Assembly (NCBI GenBank): GCA_035285645.1
Contig: JAYKGR010000021.1
Span: forward strand, 1 to 63,588
Reading direction: 5' to 3'
Origin: Cyanobacteriota bacterium
GTDB lineage: Bacteria; Cyanobacteriota; Cyanobacteriia; PCC-6307; Cyanobiaceae
Length of the DNA stretch: 63,588 nucleotides
Part shown: piece by piece, positions 61,056 to 63,588 of the stretch
How positions within the stretch are numbered: the first letter of the stretch is position 1
How the letters are laid out: every line of letters starts with the position of its first letter
The notes under the pieces: generated by a model
The model's database searches: none
Seen by the model: only the letters and a program-made list of their open reading frames with translations
Told to the model about the DNA's origin: nothing
Made by a program: the position numbers and the translations under genes

Positions 61056-62051
61056 ATGGACACGACGCTGATCCTGCAGAACCTTCTGACGGCGCCAGTG
61101 CTGTTCTTCTTTCTGGGCATCCTGGGCGTTCTGGCCGGGTCGGATCTGGAGATCCCCTCGCCTCTGCCCAAGCTGTTTTCGCTGTATCTGTTGCTGGCGA
61201 TTGGCTTCAGCGGCGGCGTTGAACTGGCCCACAGCGGTTTTGGACCCCAGGTCCAACTCACAATCGCTGCTGCAGTGATGATGTCGCTACTGGTACCACT
61301 CACCAGCTTTCTGATCCTCCGCAGCAAACTAGACACCGCGAATGCGGCAGCGATTGCAGCGTCGTATGGATCAATCAGCGCCGTCACCTTCATTACAGCC
61401 CAGAGCTTCTTAAACGAACTCGGCATACCGTTTGATGGCTTCATGGTAGCCGCGCTTGCGCTGATGGAGTCGCCGGCTATCGTGGTGGGTATCATTTTAT
61501 CAAAACTAGCGAAAAGCAAGGATGACAATGCGATTCCGGGGGCCTTGCGCTGGGGCGAGGTGCTGCAGGAAGCCTTTTTAAATGGGTCGGTTTTCCTGCT
61601 GATCGGCAGCCTGGCCATCGGCGGACTGGTGGCCACATTCAGCCCAAGCGGTGTCGACAAAATAGAACCGTTCACGGTGAAGCTTTTTTATGGGGCCTTG
61701 TGCTTTTTTCTGCTGGATATGGGCATTGTGGCAGCCCAGCGTCTGGGAGAATTGCGACGCGCCGGGGTGTTCCTGATCGGGTTTGCCTTGCTGGCGCCGC
61801 CGCTGCATGCAGCCGCCGGCCTGGCGATCAGCAGCACCCTTCACCTGCCCCAGGGCGATGGGATGCTGTTCATGGTGCTCTGCGCCAGCGCGTCTTACAT
61901 CGCCGTACCGGCGGCTATGCGCATGACCGTGCCCGAAGCCAACCCCAGCCTCTACATCTCCTCCGCCCTGGCGGTCACCTTTCCGTTCAATGTGATCGTG
62001 GGGATTCCCGCCTACCTGATTCTGGCCCGCCAGGTGATCCCCCAGCCTTAA
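61056..62051 (+). CDS. sbtA: SbtA-family (DUF897) sodium-dependent bicarbonate permease
   Basis: SDLEIP, YGSISAVTF, MESPA, SASYIAVPAA and TFPFN. Confidence 0.88.
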   Translation: MDTTLILQNLLTAPVLFFFLGILGVLAGSDLEIPSPLPKLFSLYLLLAIGFSGGVELAHSGFGPQVQLTIAAAVMMSLLVPLTSFLILRSKLDTANAAAIAASYGSISAVTFITAQSFLNELGIPFDGFMVAALALMESPAIVVGIILSKLAKSKDDNAIPGALRWGEVLQEAFLNGSVFLLIGSLAIGGLVATFSPSGVDKIEPFTVKLFYGALCFFLLDMGIVAAQRLGELRRAGVFLIGFALLAPPLHAAAGLAISSTLHLPQGDGMLFMVLCASASYIAVPAAMRMTVPEANPSLYISSALAVTFPFNVIVGIPAYLILARQVIPQP

Positions 62052-62085
62052 ACCGCATCGATCGCGGGGTTGCGGCCCGGGGCGC

Positions 62086-62105
62086 CCGCCGCCGGCCGGC
62101 GGCGG
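62086..62105. repeat. Perfect 20-bp all-GC palindrome CCGCCGCCGGCCGGCGGCGG
   Basis: Equals its own reverse complement; in the sbtA-csoS1 spacer; no adjacent U-tail. Confidence 0.8.
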
Positions 62106-62138
62106 CAACGGAGGAATTCTGAAGTTTTGCAAAGCGTC

Positions 62139-62155
62139 GATCAGCTGCCCTTATC
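62139..62155. promoter_or_regulatory. Candidate LysR-type (CbbR/RbcR-like) operator upstream of csoS1
   Basis: Dyad GATCAG-N5-CTTATC containing T-N11-A; TTGACG at 62198-62203 downstream. Confidence 0.4.
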
Positions 62156-62265
62156 AGTGACGGGCTGTTTCGTGATCGGCTCCTGGGACGGAATGGGTTG
62201 ACGGACGGTCCCGTGGCAGAGCAGGGTTGCCCTCGAACATTCCACCCCTCCTCCAGGAGCAGGTA

Positions 62266-62580
62266 ATGGCTAACGAAACCATGGGCATCGCCCTCGGCAT
62301 GATCGAGACCCGGGGTCTGGTGCCCGCGATCGAAGCGGCTGACGCCATGACCAAGGCTGCCGAAGTGCGCCTGATCGCCCGCGAGTTCGTCGGCGGTGGC
62401 TACGTGACGGTGATGGTCCGTGGCGAAACCGGTGCCGTCAACGCGGCCGTGCGTGCCGGTGCTGATGCCTGCGAGCGCGTGGGCGACGGCCTGGTTGCTG
62501 CCCACATCATCGCTCGCCCTCACCGTGAGGTGGAGCCGGCTCTGGGCAGCAGCGCCGGGTTCGTGGGTTCCAAGGACTGA
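62266..62580 (+). CDS. csoS1: Major alpha-carboxysome shell hexamer CsoS1
   Basis: MGIALGMIETRGLVPAIEAADAMTKAAEV..HIIARPH; AGGAG SD. Confidence 0.97.
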   Translation: MANETMGIALGMIETRGLVPAIEAADAMTKAAEVRLIAREFVGGGYVTVMVRGETGAVNAAVRAGADACERVGDGLVAAHIIARPHREVEPALGSSAGFVGSKD

Positions 62581-62644
62581 GATCCGACGGGCGCCTGAGG
62601 CGCCGGTTTGATCCATCCCCCTACGCCCCATCCGGAGAATTCCC

Positions 62645-63588
62645 ATGAGCAAGAAGTACGACGCCGGGGTCAAGGAGTACCGCGACACCTATTGGACTCC
62701 TGATTACGTCCCCCTCGACACCGACCTGCTGGCCTGCTTCAAGTGCACCGGCCAGGAAGGTGTTCCCAAGGAAGAAGTGGCTGCCGCTGTGGCTGCTGAA
62801 TCCTCAACCGGCACCTGGTCCACCGTGTGGTCTGAGCTCCTGACGGATCTCGACTTCTACAAGGGCCGTTGCTACCGCATTGAAGACGTTCCTGGCGACA
62901 AGGAATCGTTCTACGCCTTCATCGCCTACCCCCTCGATCTGTTCGAGGAAGGCTCGATCACCAACGTGCTCACCTCGCTGGTGGGCAACGTGTTCGGCTT
63001 CAAGGCGCTGCGCCACCTGCGCCTGGAAGACATCCGCTTCCCCATGGCCTTCATCAAGACCTGCATGGGTCCGCCGAATGGCATCCAGGTGGAGCGCGAC
63101 CGGATGAACAAGTACGGCCGGCCTCTTCTGGGTTGCACCATCAAGCCGAAACTCGGCCTGAGCGGCAAAAACTACGGACGCGTGGTGTACGAATGCCTGC
63201 GCGGCGGGCTCGACTTCACCAAAGACGACGAGAACATCAACTCTCAGCCCTTCCAGCGCTGGCAGAACCGGTTTGAGTTTGTGGCTGAGGCCGTGCGCTC
63301 TGCCCAGGAGGAAACCGGTGAGAAGAAAGGCCATTACCTGAACTGCACCGCCTCCACTCCCGAGGAGATGTACGAGCGGGCCGAGTTTGCCAAGGAACTC
63401 GGGCAGCCGATCATCATGCACGACTACATTACCGGTGGCTTCACGGCCAACACCGGCCTGGCGAAGTGGTGCCGCAAGAACGGCATGCTGCTGCACATTC
63501 ACCGTGCCATGCACGCGGTGATCGACCGTCACCCGAAGCACGGCATCCACTTCCGGGTGCTGGCCAAGTGCCTGCGCCTCTCCGGTGG
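62645..63588 (+). CDS. rbcL: RuBisCO large subunit form IA (truncated by the window end)
   Basis: Manual translation [44 protein letters not shown]; open to the end of the window. Confidence 0.98.
   Translation, partial: MSKKYDAGVKEYRDTYWTPDYVPLDTDLLACFKCTGQEGVPKEEVAAAVAAESSTGTWSTVWSELLTDLDFYKGRCYRIEDVPGDKESFYAFIAYPLDLFEEGSITNVLTSLVGNVFGFKALRHLRLEDIRFPMAFIKTCMGPPNGIQVERDRMNKYGRPLLGCTIKPKLGLSGKNYGRVVYECLRGGLDFTKDDENINSQPFQRWQNRFEFVAEAVRSAQEETGEKKGHYLNCTASTPEEMYERAEFAKELGQPIIMHDYITGGFTANTGLAKWCRKNGMLLHIHRAMHAVIDRHPKHGIHFRVLAKCLRLSG

Overview
High-GC chromosomal segment of a phycobilisome-containing alpha-cyanobacterium, most like Cyanobium or picocyanobacterial Synechococcus (apcF, form IA rbcL, csoS1/csoS1D, repeated GCGATCGC sites). 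It is mostly core genome: pdhB-secDF, psb28, gun4, glnA/apcF, pcyA-devBCA, rpsB-tsf, recG, sir, glyS, chlP, typA, lptAB-lptF/G, ccsA, rpe/glpX-hemA-glgC-gnd-pgl, chlBN, and the start of the alpha-carboxysome operon (rbcL runs off the window end). I saw no rRNA, tRNA, CRISPR array or transposase. The most interesting spot is the islet at about 9.1-10.9 kb. A perfect NtcA box (9130-9143) lies in a repression-like position before an unannotated 83-aa Arg/His/Gln-rich two-repeat protein that weakly resembles the glutamine synthetase inactivating factor IF7. That ORF points toward glnA, which has an NtcA-activated promoter layout, so it is a candidate divergent GS-inactivation module. It is followed by a probable DUF1651 remnant and a low-GC FkbM methyltransferase. 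Also notable: chlN-chlB without an adjacent chlL, and an SbtA-family permease without sbtB immediately upstream of csoS1-rbcL. All family and synteny calls come from recognising translations by eye and from memory; no searches were run.
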